From NCBI GenBank assembly GCA_003971905.1, contig RSEE01000001.1:620001-684000 (forward strand): a stretch of 64,000 nucleotides of DNA, read 5' to 3'. Shown here piece by piece: positions 12,327-26,457 of the stretch. The DNA comes from Moniliella sp. 'wahieum' (taxonomy: Eukaryota). The notes below the pieces were generated by a model that did not search any database, was not told the DNA's origin, and worked only from the letters and a program-made list of their open reading frames with translations. Position numbers and translations under genes: made by a program. Within the stretch, counting starts at the first letter, position 1, and each line of letters begins with the position of its first letter.

Positions 12327-15300
12327 TCACGGGGAGTGGCATTCAACCCAAACATACTGGGAAACCACGGATCGAACCCTTGGTCGATGGATGCATCCAT
12401 CCCCCCTGACCCTAAAAAGCTCGTGCCAAAGAGGGATCAGAGCCTTGGGGGGCGGAGGATAAGAAACCATCTCCTTGAGAAGGAATCCCCATGGAAGGAG
12501 CCAAGTCTGAAGGCATCTGGGAGAAACTCCTCCTGACATGTGGGGAGAGAGGTGCACGTTCCCCGCAGGATTGGGAAGAGGGATGGACAGCGTTCCTGCG
12601 CGGATGGGCGAGCTCCGCAAGTTGGATGGCCTAGCCACATTTCTCGGAGCAAGGTGGGGGGTGCCCATTTGTCCCCAACCCATACCCGGCATAGCAGGGG
12701 GTAGGAGCTGGGACGAGTCGGGGGCGAATGAGGTCGGGGCGGAAGAGCGAGTGGTACCAGCCTCCGATCCCACCTGTGGGGTTTTCGATTGGGGCGCTGG
12801 AGGAACAGGAACGTCTGTTGTTTGCAGCTTAGCACGTCCCCTTGCCGCTCGTTTCGTCGTCCCGCGCCCGGTGGTGGGACGTCCAGCCCCACGCGGCCTT
12901 CGTGGTCTCCCCCGGCCACGCTTTCCCCTCTCTGGGGGGGAAGGAGCGAGCTCAGCCCCCGCCAGCAGCTCCAAGTGAAGGTGCAACTGTGCCCACTACA
13001 TGCGCGGGACCGGAAAGAGGGGTCGGCTGAACGGGATGAGGGGGCTGAACTTGTTGAGCTTGCTGAACTTGCTGAACACGCTGAGCGGGCTGGGAGGGGT
13101 GGGCGGGCTGAGTGGACTGAGCGGGCTGAGCGGGCTGAGTGGGCTGAGCGGGCTGGGCGGGCTGAGCAATAGGGAACGCAGTATTAACGTCTCCCGGGGT
13201 GAGGTGGAGGAGGCTTGAGGGGTTAGAGAAAAGAGCAGTATAGGAGGAGCTTGGTGTGCTCCTGGCGGGGCCCACACCGCAGCAGGATGGGACGATAAGG
13301 GTATTCCTGGGGCTGGAATAGCAGGTGGCGTGGGAGCAACGGGGAGAGCTGGAGGTGGGATTTGCCCACTCACACTGCCCCACTTGCCTTTCGCGGAGTC
13401 CGTTGGTTCCGTGTCCTTACTCTGTCCCGTGGGGGCGAGACTATCCCCTGCATTTTCGACGGAGTGCTCTGGGGGGCCTTGCGTTTCCTCCCCCTAGTAG
13501 GCTTGGGTGGTGCGGGTTGGGCTTGTGGGGAGGTAGGAGCCAGAGACCCAAGTTGAACGCTCGCTGGAGTGGGTGGAGCGGGGGAAACAGGCACGGGGAC
13601 CAGGAAGGGGTTGGGCGTGGCAGGAGACGCCGCTGGCTGGGGCGGGACGGTCGAGTTTTTGGGCTTGGCCGCTTTAGGGCGAGGCCGTTTGCGCGGTGGG
13701 GGAGGCGGTGATTTCTGGGCGATGGGCTCAGGCGGGATGGAATGGGGTGCAGAGGTTGGAAGGGTACTCTCAGTCCCTGTTGTGGCATTCTGAGTAGGCG
13801 ACCCCAAGGCTGAGGGCGCAGCTAATGGGGGCGACTTCAATTTGAGCAACATGGACAGTGCTGGGCTGCCAGGAGGACTGGCTTCGGGCTCTGGTTCCGG
13901 TTCTGAGTCTGAGAGGATACTTGACATGGGCGAGGAACAGTTTTCCCACCGTCTCCATGGGGAGGAGGACAGACACGCGAACAATGTCTTCCTCTTCGTC
14001 CACAACGATTGGCGGGGGTGGGTCAAGGATGCGCCCCTCTTCCTCCAACCGGGTACGGAGCTTAAGTATCGTCGAGGCATGGGTCCGCATTGCCCGTACT
14101 TCAGGCGGATCAGAGTAGGTGCCATACGTTCTTTCGGCCTCAATGGAGCGAGCGACGGTCGAGTCGTCGTGAGGGAAAATAGGACGCGGGTGCGGGAGGA
14201 GGTGAAGCCTTGGCCCGTCTCGTTCCTTCCGGGCAGCAAAGGAGGCAAGAGAGGAACGCCTTGGTCTGGTATACTTCCTAAAGGATCGTAGGTTGTCGTG
14301 TACGCCTCCGTCCCAGGTGGTGCTGTTGGTCCACCATCTGACTGGCGGAGTGAGGGACAAGTTCCCACGTCTTGGTCTCCACTGGAGTGAAGTAAGATTC
14401 CCGCAATGCAACAGTGAGAGAGGGAGCAAGTACCACTTTCTCCCGTGGGGGCAGGATGGGAGTAGGACCCTAGCTACATCCTGTGCCAGGGGGACGGAAC
14501 AGAGGCTAGCCAAGCTAGGTTGGAGTGACCCTGCCCCTCTGTTGGAGGAGAAAGGTTGACTCCTTGCTGACAAAGGGACAGCAAGCTCGTCGGAATGTCC
14601 TCCACCAAGATTAAGAGTGAGTCGAGGCTGAGTGCCACCACATCCATCTCCCCCCGTCCTGCAGCGGAGATGAGCAAGCGGGCCAGGCGGGCATATAACC
14701 GGGGGACCATCCCGCGCATGGCCTGGCTTGCGGTCCACCATTCGTTGGGCTGGCACAGGAGCCAGACTGCATGGATCGCGAGGATGGTCGGCTCAGAAGG
14801 CTTGCTCTCTCCGGCGCCAAGGAGCTTCAGCACCGCATGAATCAGCGCCGACCAAAGAGGCACATCGGCAGGGTATACAGTCTTGACACCCAAGAGGTGG
14901 CGGATCCGGACGAGTTGTGCCAACGCTGCTTCAGTTGAATGCAGTTCCTTGTCCCGCCCCTCCATGCGAGATGGGTCCGAAATACTCTCCATTCCTCGCA
15001 CAAGTGCTGTGAGGAGTAGTGTGTGGACCCGGTTCCCTAGTGAAGGAGGGGAGAGCATCAGGACCTGTTCGCCTGCACGGGTCGAGGTGGGGGTAAATAG
15101 GCGTTCAATCAGGACGGGTGCCAGCGCGGCTTCGTCCGATTCGTCGCCCCTCCGAGCTGGCAACCCTGTCAGTGGGGAAGACACGACGAGCGGGGCCGAG
15201 GGCAATGCACAGATCCGCTCTAGGGCCATGTGAAGCGACCAGGGCGTGATGAGCGAGGTAATCGGACCGCCTTTCAGTGGCGGGGGCGTGTGAAGCGACC

Positions 15301-18300
15301 CGTGTCCGCAGGCAACAGCACGCATGCCTTCTTTCCAGAGTTGAGGGCGGCGCAGCTCCCCCCACAGAATAGGACGATGTGGTGCGGGGATAATATCGAG
15401 CAAGGCCAAAAGGAGGGGAAGCAGGAATGCCTTGGACGACGCTTTGCCCAAGAGACGAAACACCTCTCGTCCTAATGGGAGGCTGATCCTGCGTTTGGCG
15501 GAGGCAAGGTCATTAAGGAAACGGAGGAGCGGATCGGACACAGGAGGATCTGATGCATGTAGGAACGGCAGAACGAGATGAGAGACAAGCACATCAGCAC
15601 CCACAGCCGCCTTCTTGACGAGCCCGAGCAGGAGTGGAGAGAGTGCCGGCAGGGCGCGAAGCAGGCTGCCCGTCGCCACGGTTTCCAGAGCAGAAGCCAC
15701 AGCCGCATCAGCATTCACCACCACGTCCTGCACGAGGTCGAGCAGAGTCTGGTCAAATATGTCGATCCTCGAACCCGTGCATCTGGACGTGGAGTTCGGG
15801 TCAAGCTCCTCGAATGCGAGATGAGCCTGGATCGAGCCTGGATGGCGGCTAGTGCAACAGGCTCTGGCGATCCCAGCATACTCGCACGCAACATCGGCTC
15901 CAGTTCCTGGGGACGATGAAAGCAGGTTTGGAAGGAAGCCAGCGTTTCAGACTGGATCTCGTCAACTTTCCCCGGGCGGCTGGACCGACAGCAAGGGCCT
16001 CCTCCACCAGAGCATCGGAAGGTTCGCGCATTTCCGCTACTGCTTCAAGTGCCGGGCCACTCCCTGCCCTTGCGAGAGATAGGAGCACCCGCGTGCCCAT
16101 CGTACTGTAGGGCGTGGATGGGATGGAAGCGTAGCGGGAACAGGCCTGGAGCGACGTGATCATCGTGGCGAGCTCCCCGCGGGCGGTCCACAGCAGGGCA
16201 TGGCACACCACCGATGTTTCCACCAATGGGAGAGCAGACGCGTAGCGCACGCTTTCCTGGATCGAGACATCATGCAAAACCAAAAGCAGCAGCTGGAAAG
16301 AAGTCAGTCCAATGTCAACCGGCTATAGATAGACGTACCTGAGCCAATGCATCCCAATCACAAGCACGCTCAAGGAGAAGTAGAGACGTTGCAAGTCTGC
16401 GGCACCTAGGCGAGGGGAGAAGGAGGGACGCCATCCCTCGTGAGGAAACAGCCGAGCAACAGCCGTGACGAGAGGCGCCAGTACGGCACGCTGGACATGA
16501 GGTGTGCTATCCCACAAGTGCGGGAGACGCGTCTCAATTTCCTCCTTGCAAGCGGACAGGTCTTGCTCCTTGTTTCCTGCCGCGGAGGAGGGGGAAGAGC
16601 GCCTCGAGTTCTCTGCTAGCTCGGCGCTCCATAGCTTCATCCCAGGTCTCCCGGTCCCGGGAACGGGAGCCATAAATTGTGCGCCTTCGCACCGATGCGT
16701 CGTCCCCAGGGGGCAGAGGGACGTAGCGAACCAGTCGTGATGCCAGAGTAGCGGATTGGCCCGTACGCAAGCCCGGGCCTGCGGCCCTAAGCAAGGTTGC
16801 GTATGAGAGGGCCCCCGTATTGAGCAGCGCCTCAACAAGAGCCGCAAGGGGCGCGAACTCGACTGCTGCCCTAGCCTGGACCGGAAGTGATGGGATCGGC
16901 TGGGCAGATGTGCGCGGGAGAGGGAGGGAGATGAGTTTGGGACTCGACGTTGGCGGGTTGGAGGAAAGCTGGTAGGCCCTCTGCACCTCCTCCAGCCAAG
17001 ATGGGAGAAAGAGATCTAGCGAGAAAGGTTTGGGCTTCGGCCGTGGAGGTGGCAATGCCTCCTCCTCATGTTCCCCAGTTGCAGGTACCGATTGGGCCAA
17101 AAACTCCGCATGTTCCTCCTCACTCATCTCGCCTGCGTGAAGACGGGACTCGAGCCAACGGGGAACGTCACCTCCACACCCATGTAGCCAAATGAACCAA
17201 GTAGACACGAGCGCGATGCGTGGGGCGGCATCAGCCATGCCAGCAGGCCAGTCTTGCCCTCTGATGGAAGAAAATGAGATGGGGCAAGCCCAGAGAAGCA
17301 GTTCCTCTACTCGGCGTTGCGTTTGGGAGGGAGAACGGGCCAGACCAAAGAGTTGCACAAAGCAGGCTCCCAGGTCGCAGCTGGGTTCGAGCGCATCAAG
17401 TAGCTGGGCGAGCGAGACCGCTGTGTCAAATTCGGTGCAGGGCGGAGGCAGGCGTCCAGTCAAAGGCAAGAGCGTCAGTCGATGCACCCGTGCTTGAGCA
17501 CGGCCAAGTACAGACCGCAGACTGCATCCTGCTCTGTGTCGGGGCGGTTTTCGGTGAGGCCCAACACGAGCGGGAGCGACGCTGCGAATAACGACCAGAG
17601 CCGAGGAGCTACCAAGACACGTGGCGAAGAAAGCACAATCCCGCGAGCCAAGCGTGTGGTTTGCTGCACAAGCGACACGGCCAAGGCATGTCCCCCATCG
17701 CCCTCGACCACGGCACGAAGGCTGAGAGTGGTGGTAGCGTGGGCACGTACCAATGCCGCTAAGGCAGTACGGGCAAGTGGCAGTGGTGCCCCAGTCTGTG
17801 GAAAGAGATGGAGGGCATGATCAAGCAGGGGGAGGAGGAAGGGGCTGGCCAATGTGAGCGGGAGCTAAAAGCTCGCTGCTCATCCTCAGCCAGGTGGGAG
17901 GGTGGAGCAACTGCAAGTCGCCCATGACGCGGGAGAGGGTGAGCAGGTAGCTCAGTCGATGAGTCCACTGTGGTGATGCAAACGTAACAGATGTAGTTAA
18001 CGTAGCTGGCGTAGGAGCAACAACCGGAGAGGACGACGGAGCAACGGCAGGTGAAGGCGAGAGTGCGGAAGGAGACGCCCCAGGCCCGGCTCCGACTGTA
18101 ACCCCTACTCCAGTGCCAACGCCATTGTACAGGCCGGTGCTACTGGGCAAGACTCCGCTATCCGCTGGGGCAGGAATGGCGTCGATGAGCCGCTTGAGCG
18201 CAGTAGCCAAAGCCTGGGTCAAGTCGGCAGCGACAGGTGGGGGCTTGGCCCGGGCGGATTGCAGGTCGGTGGCGCCGACGGTGTGAAGGAACCATGCTGC

Positions 18301-19012
18301 GCGGGCGATGGGCACGGGGGTAGGAACGGCCGTGGCAGCAGCAGAGGCAGGATAGAGGCGGAAGGGGTGCTGCGCTCCGGCGTGGCGCGAGCCGAAGGCG
18401 GAGGCTTGGGCTCGTCCTGTGAGGGGGGGGGGGGCGAGGTAGAGCATGTCGATCAAGCGCTCGCCGCGGATGCCGTGGGGCACCGAACGAGCAAGGCGAG
18501 CGAGCGGCACGGAGGGGTCGGCGAGGTCGCGCAGGTAGGCTGCAGCTTGGCCTCGTTGAGCGTGACGCGGGGCCAGGCGGGCAGCTGGGCGGGGCGGGGG
18601 GGAGGGTGGAGGCGCGTGCCAGGTCCGCCTGGCGCGCAGCAATCTCGGCTAGCAGGGGCGCGACGAGGTGCTGGGTGAGAGAGGCGCTCATGCATCAAGT
18701 CGTGGGCGAGAAGCCTTCGCTCTTGGTCGCCAGCTGCGCCGTGTACCCCGAGCGGGCGGAGGCGGGGGTGATGGTCATCTCGGGGGACGCGGCGGGGACG
18801 GCGGGAAAGACATCGGGCCAGCCGAGATGGGGGGCGAGCGCATTGAGGCGCGCACGCCACGGGGGCGCCCGCAGATGGTATACGTCTGAGGGGTGCGGGG
18901 CGGGCATCAGCAATCAGCACATGCCGCCGAGGCGGATGGAGGTGGGCGAGACGAGCGAGCGGACGGCGGCGGCGGCTGGGTGCGGTTGGGTCGGTTGGCC
19001 AAGGAGCATCAT
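12327..19012 (-). CDS. MED12: Mediator kinase-module subunit Med12/Srb8 (frameshifted)
   Basis: Med12 domain PRVTLNEAK..AYLRDLADPSVPLARLARSVPHGIRGERLIDML...VPIARAAWFL..VGA, a long helical body and a P/Q-rich C-terminus. Ends approximate. Confidence 0.85.
13050..13167 (-). repeat. Coding 9-bp tandem repeat (PAQ/PTQ/VQQ) in the Med12 tail
   Basis: gctgagcgg-like units on the + strand translate to AQPAQPAQPTQPAQPAQ...VQQVQQAQQ on the minus strand. Confidence 0.75.
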
Positions 19013-19262
19013 GCGTCGGGTCACACGTCGCCCCGGTTGTCCAGTAGGGCGTGCCCTCCACTACGGCCTACAGCGGCCAACAGCACTGCCACGGACTAAT
19101 TGACTCGCCTGCATGAGCGCATGAACTAGCTAACCCTAGCCGTCACCCGTCCCTCCCTCCCATCCATCTATCTTTCCCGGCTTAGCCCTCCCCGATGCCC
19201 ACCCTCCCCTCCGCCCCCCCACGCGCGCCGTAATAGTACACATCGTTCCCCACGCCCGCCGC

Positions 19263-20049
19263 CTACTCGGACAGAAGCAGCACCCCGTTCACACACCCGT
19301 CGTTCTCGGGGTTGTTGGTCACCTGCGCGTACTTGCCCCACACCACCTTGCCCCCGTGGTCACCATGCCCAGGTCCGACACATTCACCTCAATAATCGTG
19401 CCCTTGGTCAGCACGCCCAGCTGCGTGTACATGGGCGACTGCGGGTTCTTCTTGACCCCCAAGATGGGCAGTTGGAAGGTGGCCTTGAGATCAGGGTGGG
19501 TGATGTGAGCCTTCTTGAAGCGTAGCCCCGAGGGCCGAATGAAGCGTTCCAGCTTGGGCGGTTTCCGGGTGAACCCATCACCAACAAATGTGGCCTTGGT
19601 GACCATGCGCTTCCACGCATTCGAGTTGCGCTTCCCCGAGCGCACCACCTTGAACGCCTCGTCCTCCGCAATGCCCCTTACCTGCGGCAGCGGCACAGCA
19701 AACCGAGCTGCCTTGTCCTTCCTCCGCTCCTTGACCGCCGACGAGAGAGCTTTGGCGTCGCGCTCGCCTTCACGGTCCAGCAGATACGCCGGCCGTGCCT
19801 CACCCTCGTCAGCCGGGGCTGATGCTGCTTGACGTTGCGCTCCTCGTGGGCCTTGATCGTCTTCTTCATCTGAATCTTCTCGGCTCGGCGCTTCTTGTTG
19901 AGCATCTTGGCTTTCCAGCCCTTGGTGCTCTGGGCAATGGCCGAGTGCTTGTGGACCATGCGAGCCTCCTTCTTGCGCATGCGCTCCTCATGGTCCATGC
20001 GGCGACCATGGCGGCGGATGTGCTCCTCAATGTACTCGTTCTGCGGCAT
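19263..20049 (-). CDS. NSA2: Ribosome biogenesis protein Nsa2
   Basis: [23 protein letters not shown]...[28 protein letters not shown]...[17 protein letters not shown]...[18 protein letters not shown]. Confidence 0.97.
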
Positions 20050-20265
20050 GACCAGGAAGGAGGGGAGACTTGGTGGGGACTGTCCACTGCCGACACGAGC
20101 GCGCAAAAAATATCGAAGCGGCCCGCAAACTGAGCGCCCGCCCGGCCATCGGTGCAATTGGCATATTACTCTTTTTGAGTGCCCATAATTTCGCTCGGGG
20201 CGTCCCGCCTGCCACAGGAAACGGCCGATACGAACAGCACGCCGCCTCTTCTCCCACCCACACCC

Positions 20266-22057
20266 ATGGCCGCCGCGCCCGTCTCTGCCTTCTCCCACGC
20301 GGACGCCGACATCATTGCGCCCAGGCGCCTCTGGACCCGGCCCTGCTCTCCGCATCAGCCGCTGCCCAGGACCAGACGGTGGACGACGTCTACGACCTGG
20401 CCCGCACCGCCCAGCGCCTCTTTGGCTGCCCCCAGCCCTATGGACTGCAGCGTGTTGCCCTCCAGTTCCCCGATGAGCTGCTGTGCGACTCCGTGCCGGT
20501 GTACCATGCTCTGAACCGCCACCTCGCCCGTCTGGCCGACGCGCACAATCACCTCTCCCGGCCTCCCGTCTCCCCACCTGAGCTCTACATCCTCGCCGAC
20601 ACCTCCTATGGCGCCTGTTGTGTGGACGAGGTGGCAGCCGCCCATGTGGACGCCCAAGCGCTCATCCACTTTGGCCACGCCTGTCTCTCCCCGCACTGCC
20701 CGTCTTCCCACGCTGTATGTGTTCAGCAAGCTCCCACTCGACGTGCCTGCCGCTGCAGAGGCCATTGCCGCCACCGAGCCCAGCAGCGCTGTCCTGACTG
20801 TCCTCTACGAGGTTGGGTATGCCCACCAAATCCCGGCCCTCTGCGCCGCCCTTCAGCCTTACCTCCCCCACGCCACCATCGTCCCCGAACAACTGGACAC
20901 GCATGTCAACTTTGAAGCCAAACTTGCCCTTCATCGCGACACTGCCCTTACTCCCGACACGCTTGCTGCTCCCCTCCCGTCGGATGAGACCGAAGGATCC
21001 ACACGCCACCTCCCGCTCCGGACGGCGTATCTTTCTCCGAAACCGATCTCGTCTACATTGGCGGGGACTCGCTGGCGTTGACCACGCTCTTGACTGCCCA
21101 CCCACCTGCCTCGCGCACCGGAAAGTTCATCGTTTTCGACCGACCACCGGACGTGCGGAGCAGGAAACTGGCCGCGGGGCGAACCGGCTGCTGATGCGAC
21201 GCTACGCCGCGGTGCAGCGAGCAAAAGACGCGCGGGTGGTGGCCCTGGTGGTGGGCACGTTGGGCGTGGCGGCGTACCGTCCACTGTTGGCGGCGCTCCG
21301 CGCCCTCCTCACCGGTCGCGGCAGCCGGAGGAAAGTGTACACCTTGTCCGTGGGAAAGCTGACGCCTGCCAAGCTGGCCAACTTTAGTGAGGTGGACACG
21401 TACGTCCTCGTTGCCTGTCCCGAAAACTCGTTGGCCTTGGCTGGGTCTGGGAGCAGTGCGAACCGCGAGCCTCCAGGCAGCAAAGAGTTTTTCGGTACGA
21501 TCGTCACGCCGTTTGAGATGCTGGTCGCCCTGGCGTCAGAGGCAGAGGAGCAGCGGGATGGGGTTCCTGGCTCTGGTGGATGGGACAAAGGGTATGAGTT
21601 GGACTTGGCGGCACTGTATACGCGTGCGGTTGACGAGTACCAAGCTCGTACCGGCCGTCCATGGGCCGTACCGGGAAAGAAGGCCAACTTTGTTGCGACC
21701 GAAGCGGATGTGGAGGAAGAAGAGGAGGAGGAAGATGCCCCACCTATTTTTTCCTTGGCGACGGGCAAGTATGTCACTCGGACTGCCTATTACCCTGCTG
21801 CCGATCTGGCTCGTTTGCCGGCTCCAGAAGACACGGACGACATGGGAGGGAAACAGGTGGCGCTGCGGCGAGGGGATGGGACGGTGACCCGGATCCTAAA
21901 CACAGCGTCGGATGCTAAGAATGGGGATCGGGCCTGGACAGGACTCGATCCACGTGTTGGATTGGATCCGCCTGCCTTACTCGAGGAAGGGCGGGCTGGG
22001 TTTGCGGGCCAGTACGCATATGCGGATGACACACCTGAAGGCCGGAACGGAGCGTAA
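20266..22057 (+). CDS. DPH2: Diphthamide biosynthesis protein Dph2
   Basis: [59 protein letters not shown]...[27 protein letters not shown]-terminal EEGRAG.A..Y. Confidence 0.92.
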
Positions 22058-22208
22058 CTGATCCTGGAATCCATCCTGAGATCTCAGGAAGCTAAGGACA
22101 ACCATAGGTTAGCTTTCATCCAAGTGGATGACCGAGAAAGAAATGACACAGGAGAGGATATTGCTAAGTGTCGCTTCCAAATCATATTGGTCGTTTGGGC
22201 TTTCACGC

Positions 22209-22292
22209 GGTTCCATATTGTAGTTGGTTAGCAAGTAGGATTCTGACTCACGTCGCTTTCCTGAAACCTGGGTTCGAATCCCAGTGGGACCT
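22209..22292 (+). tRNA. tRNA-Gln(CTG) with 11-nt intron (22247-22257)
   Basis: Acceptor GGTTCCA/TGGGACC, anticodon stem TAGGA/TCCTG with loop TT-CTG-A^T, T-arm CTGGG-TTCGAAT-CCCAG. Confidence 0.93.
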
Positions 22293-22520
22293 TCACTTTT
22301 GCCCCTTCGCTCCTCCAGGAACGCAGAAGTTTGCATTTGAGTTTTTTTTTCTCCCCGAGTTTGATGACGTTGATCAACGTACGTTGATACAACTGGACCT
22401 TAATTCTCACCGATGCGCTATAATGGTCAAAAGCCTCCCGAAGAACAACGACCTATGGTATGCAATGCCCAAACCCAGATCCAAAGAACGCTTCCGCCAT
22501 GATCGTCTCTAGCTGATGCA

Positions 22521-24181
22521 CTACCAGAAGCCAACTAGGGAGGGGGGGCCGGAAAAGATGAAGTATACAGATACAAAAGGAAGGTGACTGTGAGGAGGCA
22601 GGTGAAAGATGACATCATTAGGACAGCTACCGCTGAACCTTACAATCGACCCAAAGAGTGCCTTGGGACTTGGTGAGACGAAAACGTTGTGCCCACGGGA
22701 CAAGTCTGACGGCCCGGCGGGTCGGTGGCAAGACCATCGAGTTCGACAGCCTTGGCCACCTTGGAGGGAGAGAGGAGGTCGAGTTTGACCGCATGGTCCA
22801 GTTCGACGGCAGCACAACGGAAACTAGGAGTGGTGTGGGCCGGCACCATTAAGCTACCGGCCAAAACGCGTGCGCCGTCGACACCTGGAACCTCGTGCAA
22901 GGCAGCGCGGGCAAGCAGTTGTATCCTAGGTGGTCGTGCACCCGACTGGACGTGATTTTCGTCGGCCTGCAGCACTTGGACAAGGGTGAGAGCAAGGTGA
23001 GAAGCAAGGTCCTCCACTACTTTGCGTCGTGGATGCTCCAACGACGAGTTTGATTCTTCCGACCCAGGGCGCTCTTTTCTCCTCCCAAATCTGCGGAGGA
23101 AAGGGATGCGTTCAGTCTCCCCTGCTGAGGGAGGTGGGGTGGGCATCCCTCGCCCCACCCGGGCCGGGGATCCGGGCAACTGCTCCTCCACCTCTGGGCG
23201 GAGCACCAGTAAACAAGGCATCGTCTGCCCAGCCACTAAAGGAGCTAAGGGCATGTGGAGTTCCAGCTCCACCTCAGGAGGAAGGACGGACCAGGATGAT
23301 GCAGCACAAGGCGCAGCCCAGCGCGTCTTGTGTGCATTCACCCCCCAGCCTGGCGCGATCGGTTGCCCTGGAATCAAGACTGGGGAAAGGGGCAGGGCGC
23401 TTGGTCCAGGTGGCAAGGGCCCTGGCTCGCCAAGGAAACAGACAGGAATGTGGATAGTGTCTGCGGCAGGAGGGAAGTGGTGGGGGAAGAGCGAAGCAGG
23501 GTAAGGTCAACAGCGTACCAGACACCGAGCACATCGGCCTCGTCCGGGCGTTCAAGGCGTTTAAGCATGCTGAGCGAGACGAGACGAGTACGCTTTCCAT
23601 GTTGTGAAGGTGGACTGTTGCTGTCGGGCTCGGGAGGGTCGTCGGATGTAAGGAAGGAGGGGGGCAAGGAGGCCCGGGCGAGCTGGCCGTCGCCATACGC
23701 ATCACTGGCCACACCATGGGGAAACTCAAGTTGAAAGGAAGGTCGGCTAAGGTGGACGCGTTGGGGCTCAGGCGCGCCACATCATCCGCATGCCAGGGCA
23801 CAAACTCATCGGGGCCAAAAGACTCTTCAACGGAAAACATGAGCTTGCGCAAGTAGCCGCGACTGCCACTGCGTCCCATGCCGGCATCGGGGTCTTTGCG
23901 CTGGCCCAGGCAGAGATCGTGATGGCCACGCCGCTCACATTGGCGGGGTCAAAGGTGAGGTGGCCCTGGACTTCAGCGCAGGCGCCTGCATAGAGCGGGC
24001 AATGGTGCGCGTCGAAGCCAGCGGGGGGGGCGTAGAGGACAACAGAAAAGGCCGCGTCCGAGTGAGACTGCTGGTCGCTCGCATTGCCACTGCCGCTGCC
24101 ACGCAGGTCCTCTCTGCGCCCGTACCGCCGGGTGGGGCGCGCGGCGGAGGAGGCGTCGGCGGGTGCAGCCGTCGGCTCCAT
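22521..24181 (-). CDS. Arrestin-like (beta-sandwich) domain protein, hypothetical
   Basis: Segments PLY.G..AEVQGHL, LPFNLSFP, LPPSF, VWYAVDLTL and TPSFRC..VELDHAVKL resemble fungal arrestin-related trafficking adaptors. Frameshifted; 3' end uncertain. Confidence 0.55.
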
Positions 24182-26457
24182 GGGGATGGGTGGTGGGGGG
24201 TGAGTACTGAGTACCGGCACTCGGCCTCGACCGACAAACTGAGCAGCGAGGCGAGCGAGGCGAAGGGGCGCGGCCGGGCGCTGCCTGGCGCTGCCGCCTG
24301 GCCGGCAGCCAGGAACACCGGATCAGCGGTCGCCCGTCGGAGCACAAACGAAGCAGCACAGCAGCCGACGTGGCTTGTGCGTGCCTGGCACGCGCCGACA
24401 CTGGCCCTGTGCGCGGCCAGGGCGCTGCCGTGCGTGCGCGCCCTGGTGCTTGGGCCTGCTAAGCGCTGCTCCGCCCTGTTATGCGCCTGCTGGACTCAGT
24501 CGCCTGACGCTCGCATGGCTGTCCGCCCGGCGCCAGATGGCTGTGCTTCCGCTCGCTTCAGCGCCCCATTCTGTCCCCAAGAGCCTCCGCTTCGGTCCTC
24601 CCCATCGCCTCCATCGCCATGCCTGCGCGTGTCCTTCGCCTCGGCCCCGTCCATCCGCACCGCCCCAACCTGAGCCCTTGAAATTTGAGCCCCCCCACCG
24701 ACCACCGACAGCCACTGTCACATGTCACAGGCCACATGTCACACTGACACGTCGCATGTGGCATGTCACATGTCACACCTTGACGCGCACCCTTTTTATA
24801 CCTTTGTTGCCTCTTGCCATTAACCATTGCGGTGCAATATGGGCCCTTTTTTCGCGTCTCTCGCTCAGATCCCCTCCCCTTAACGTTTAACCCTTATGCA
24901 TGGTGCCTCGCCATGCACCATGCCCCTTGCCCTGTCGAAGATCTGCTACCCAGACGATTCGTGTATATCGTCCAAGCCGAGAGAGCATACAGGCCGATGG
25001 CTCCATTTGCGCAAACAAACTCTCTCTCCTCGGCGCAGAGGCTCAGCGTCCTCTCAGCGTCTCCGCGTCAGCCACAATAATGCACCAGTTTCGCATGGAA
25101 TTGCAAGTCACATCGTGCAACCAAGTATCTTCCTTTGAGGCTCTAATAACAAGCAAGCATCCTCACCCCCCAGCATCCTCTTCCCGTCCCAGCTTAATCC
25201 CGTATACATATACTGTCATACGAGTTCTAGGCATTCCAGTTATATTATGCGCAGCACTCAGCCTGCGCGCTCAGCTAAGCATCAACATCCACAATAGAAT
25301 TCGTACAAGACGCTACAGACCTCGGCCTCATCGTTGCCGGCCTCTTGAAAGCCACACGTCATGCTTCCCTACACCGGCCTTCTGAAGAGACGCTATAGCA
25401 CTATAGGGCACCGCGCTGGCTACGCGCCTGTGCTTTCCTTTATGCTCATGTGTTCGCTTTCCCCCAGAGTATCTTCATCACCACAATGGCGGCACGACCA
25501 GTGCTTCTTCCACTCATACTCCGTCAACCTCCGTACTTGTCGACAACTCCCTAACTCCTTCATTCTGGTAATCATAGTGATATAACGGTAAAGCGACGTT
25601 ACCCCTGAGCTCCTGGCCCCCTTCAGCGCTCTTGGCGAACAGCGCAAGCTGCTCCAGGTCCACAGACAGAGGGTCTGAGCAGCATCGTTTGCACGAGGAC
25701 CGCCGCCCAAACTTCGACATCTGTTCCTGCCCCTACATCCCCTCGGTTTCGGAATCTGAAACCGGACAAATCCTGCTTGGCTCCGATTGACCCGTCCAAC
25801 TTTTTCTGTCCCAAAACTGAAGAAAGAGGGGGTGTCCTACATCGGGGCTCGCCCCATGATATTGGCAATCGCATTTGTGAAAGGATCTCTTCCTCCCACC
25901 TCACACGCCTATACTCCCGAGCAGGGGTTCTGAAGATGGACATATAGGGTGCGCGTACAGCTCAAATTATTCGTCCAAAATGGTTTATACCCCGGCCCCT
26001 AACTTCAACCCCGAAGAGAATCCTAGTGAGAACACTCTATGGCAGACCTCCCCCAACGTGAAGTATACACGACTGTGCATAGTAAAAGGACAGATTGCGA
26101 ATAGAAACAAGACAAAAACAAGCAGCAAAAGTCGAAACGGATACGGTCGACAACAAATTTATCCCTCCAAAAAGCCACCTCTTTCCCCGCGTACAACTCG
26201 TCCCTCTCCCGCTTCTCCCTTTTGCTTGCCGCGCAATGTGTAGTGCATGTAACAACATCGCAGCGATGGCAAGGTGCTAATAGGGCCGCGCCGAGTTGGG
26301 AGGGAGGTGCACGGTCTGGGGTATCGACCAAGAGAGAAGAGGAGAAGGCGGTGACGGGGGGGGGGGACGTAGGCGGAGGAGGGTGCAACAGGTGAGGAGT
26401 GGTTGAAAGATGGGGGGGAATAGGGGACAGGAAGGGTAAGGACAGGTTTAGGCATAG

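Noticed and set aside
12360..12385. B-box-like GGTTCGATCC on the minus strand
   Set aside because: No cloverleaf surrounds it and it lies within the Med12 C-terminal coding region.
25000..26250. Short ORFs between the arrestin-like gene and the C2H2 gene
   Set aside because: No recognisable domain or consistent exon chain; a gene cannot be supported.
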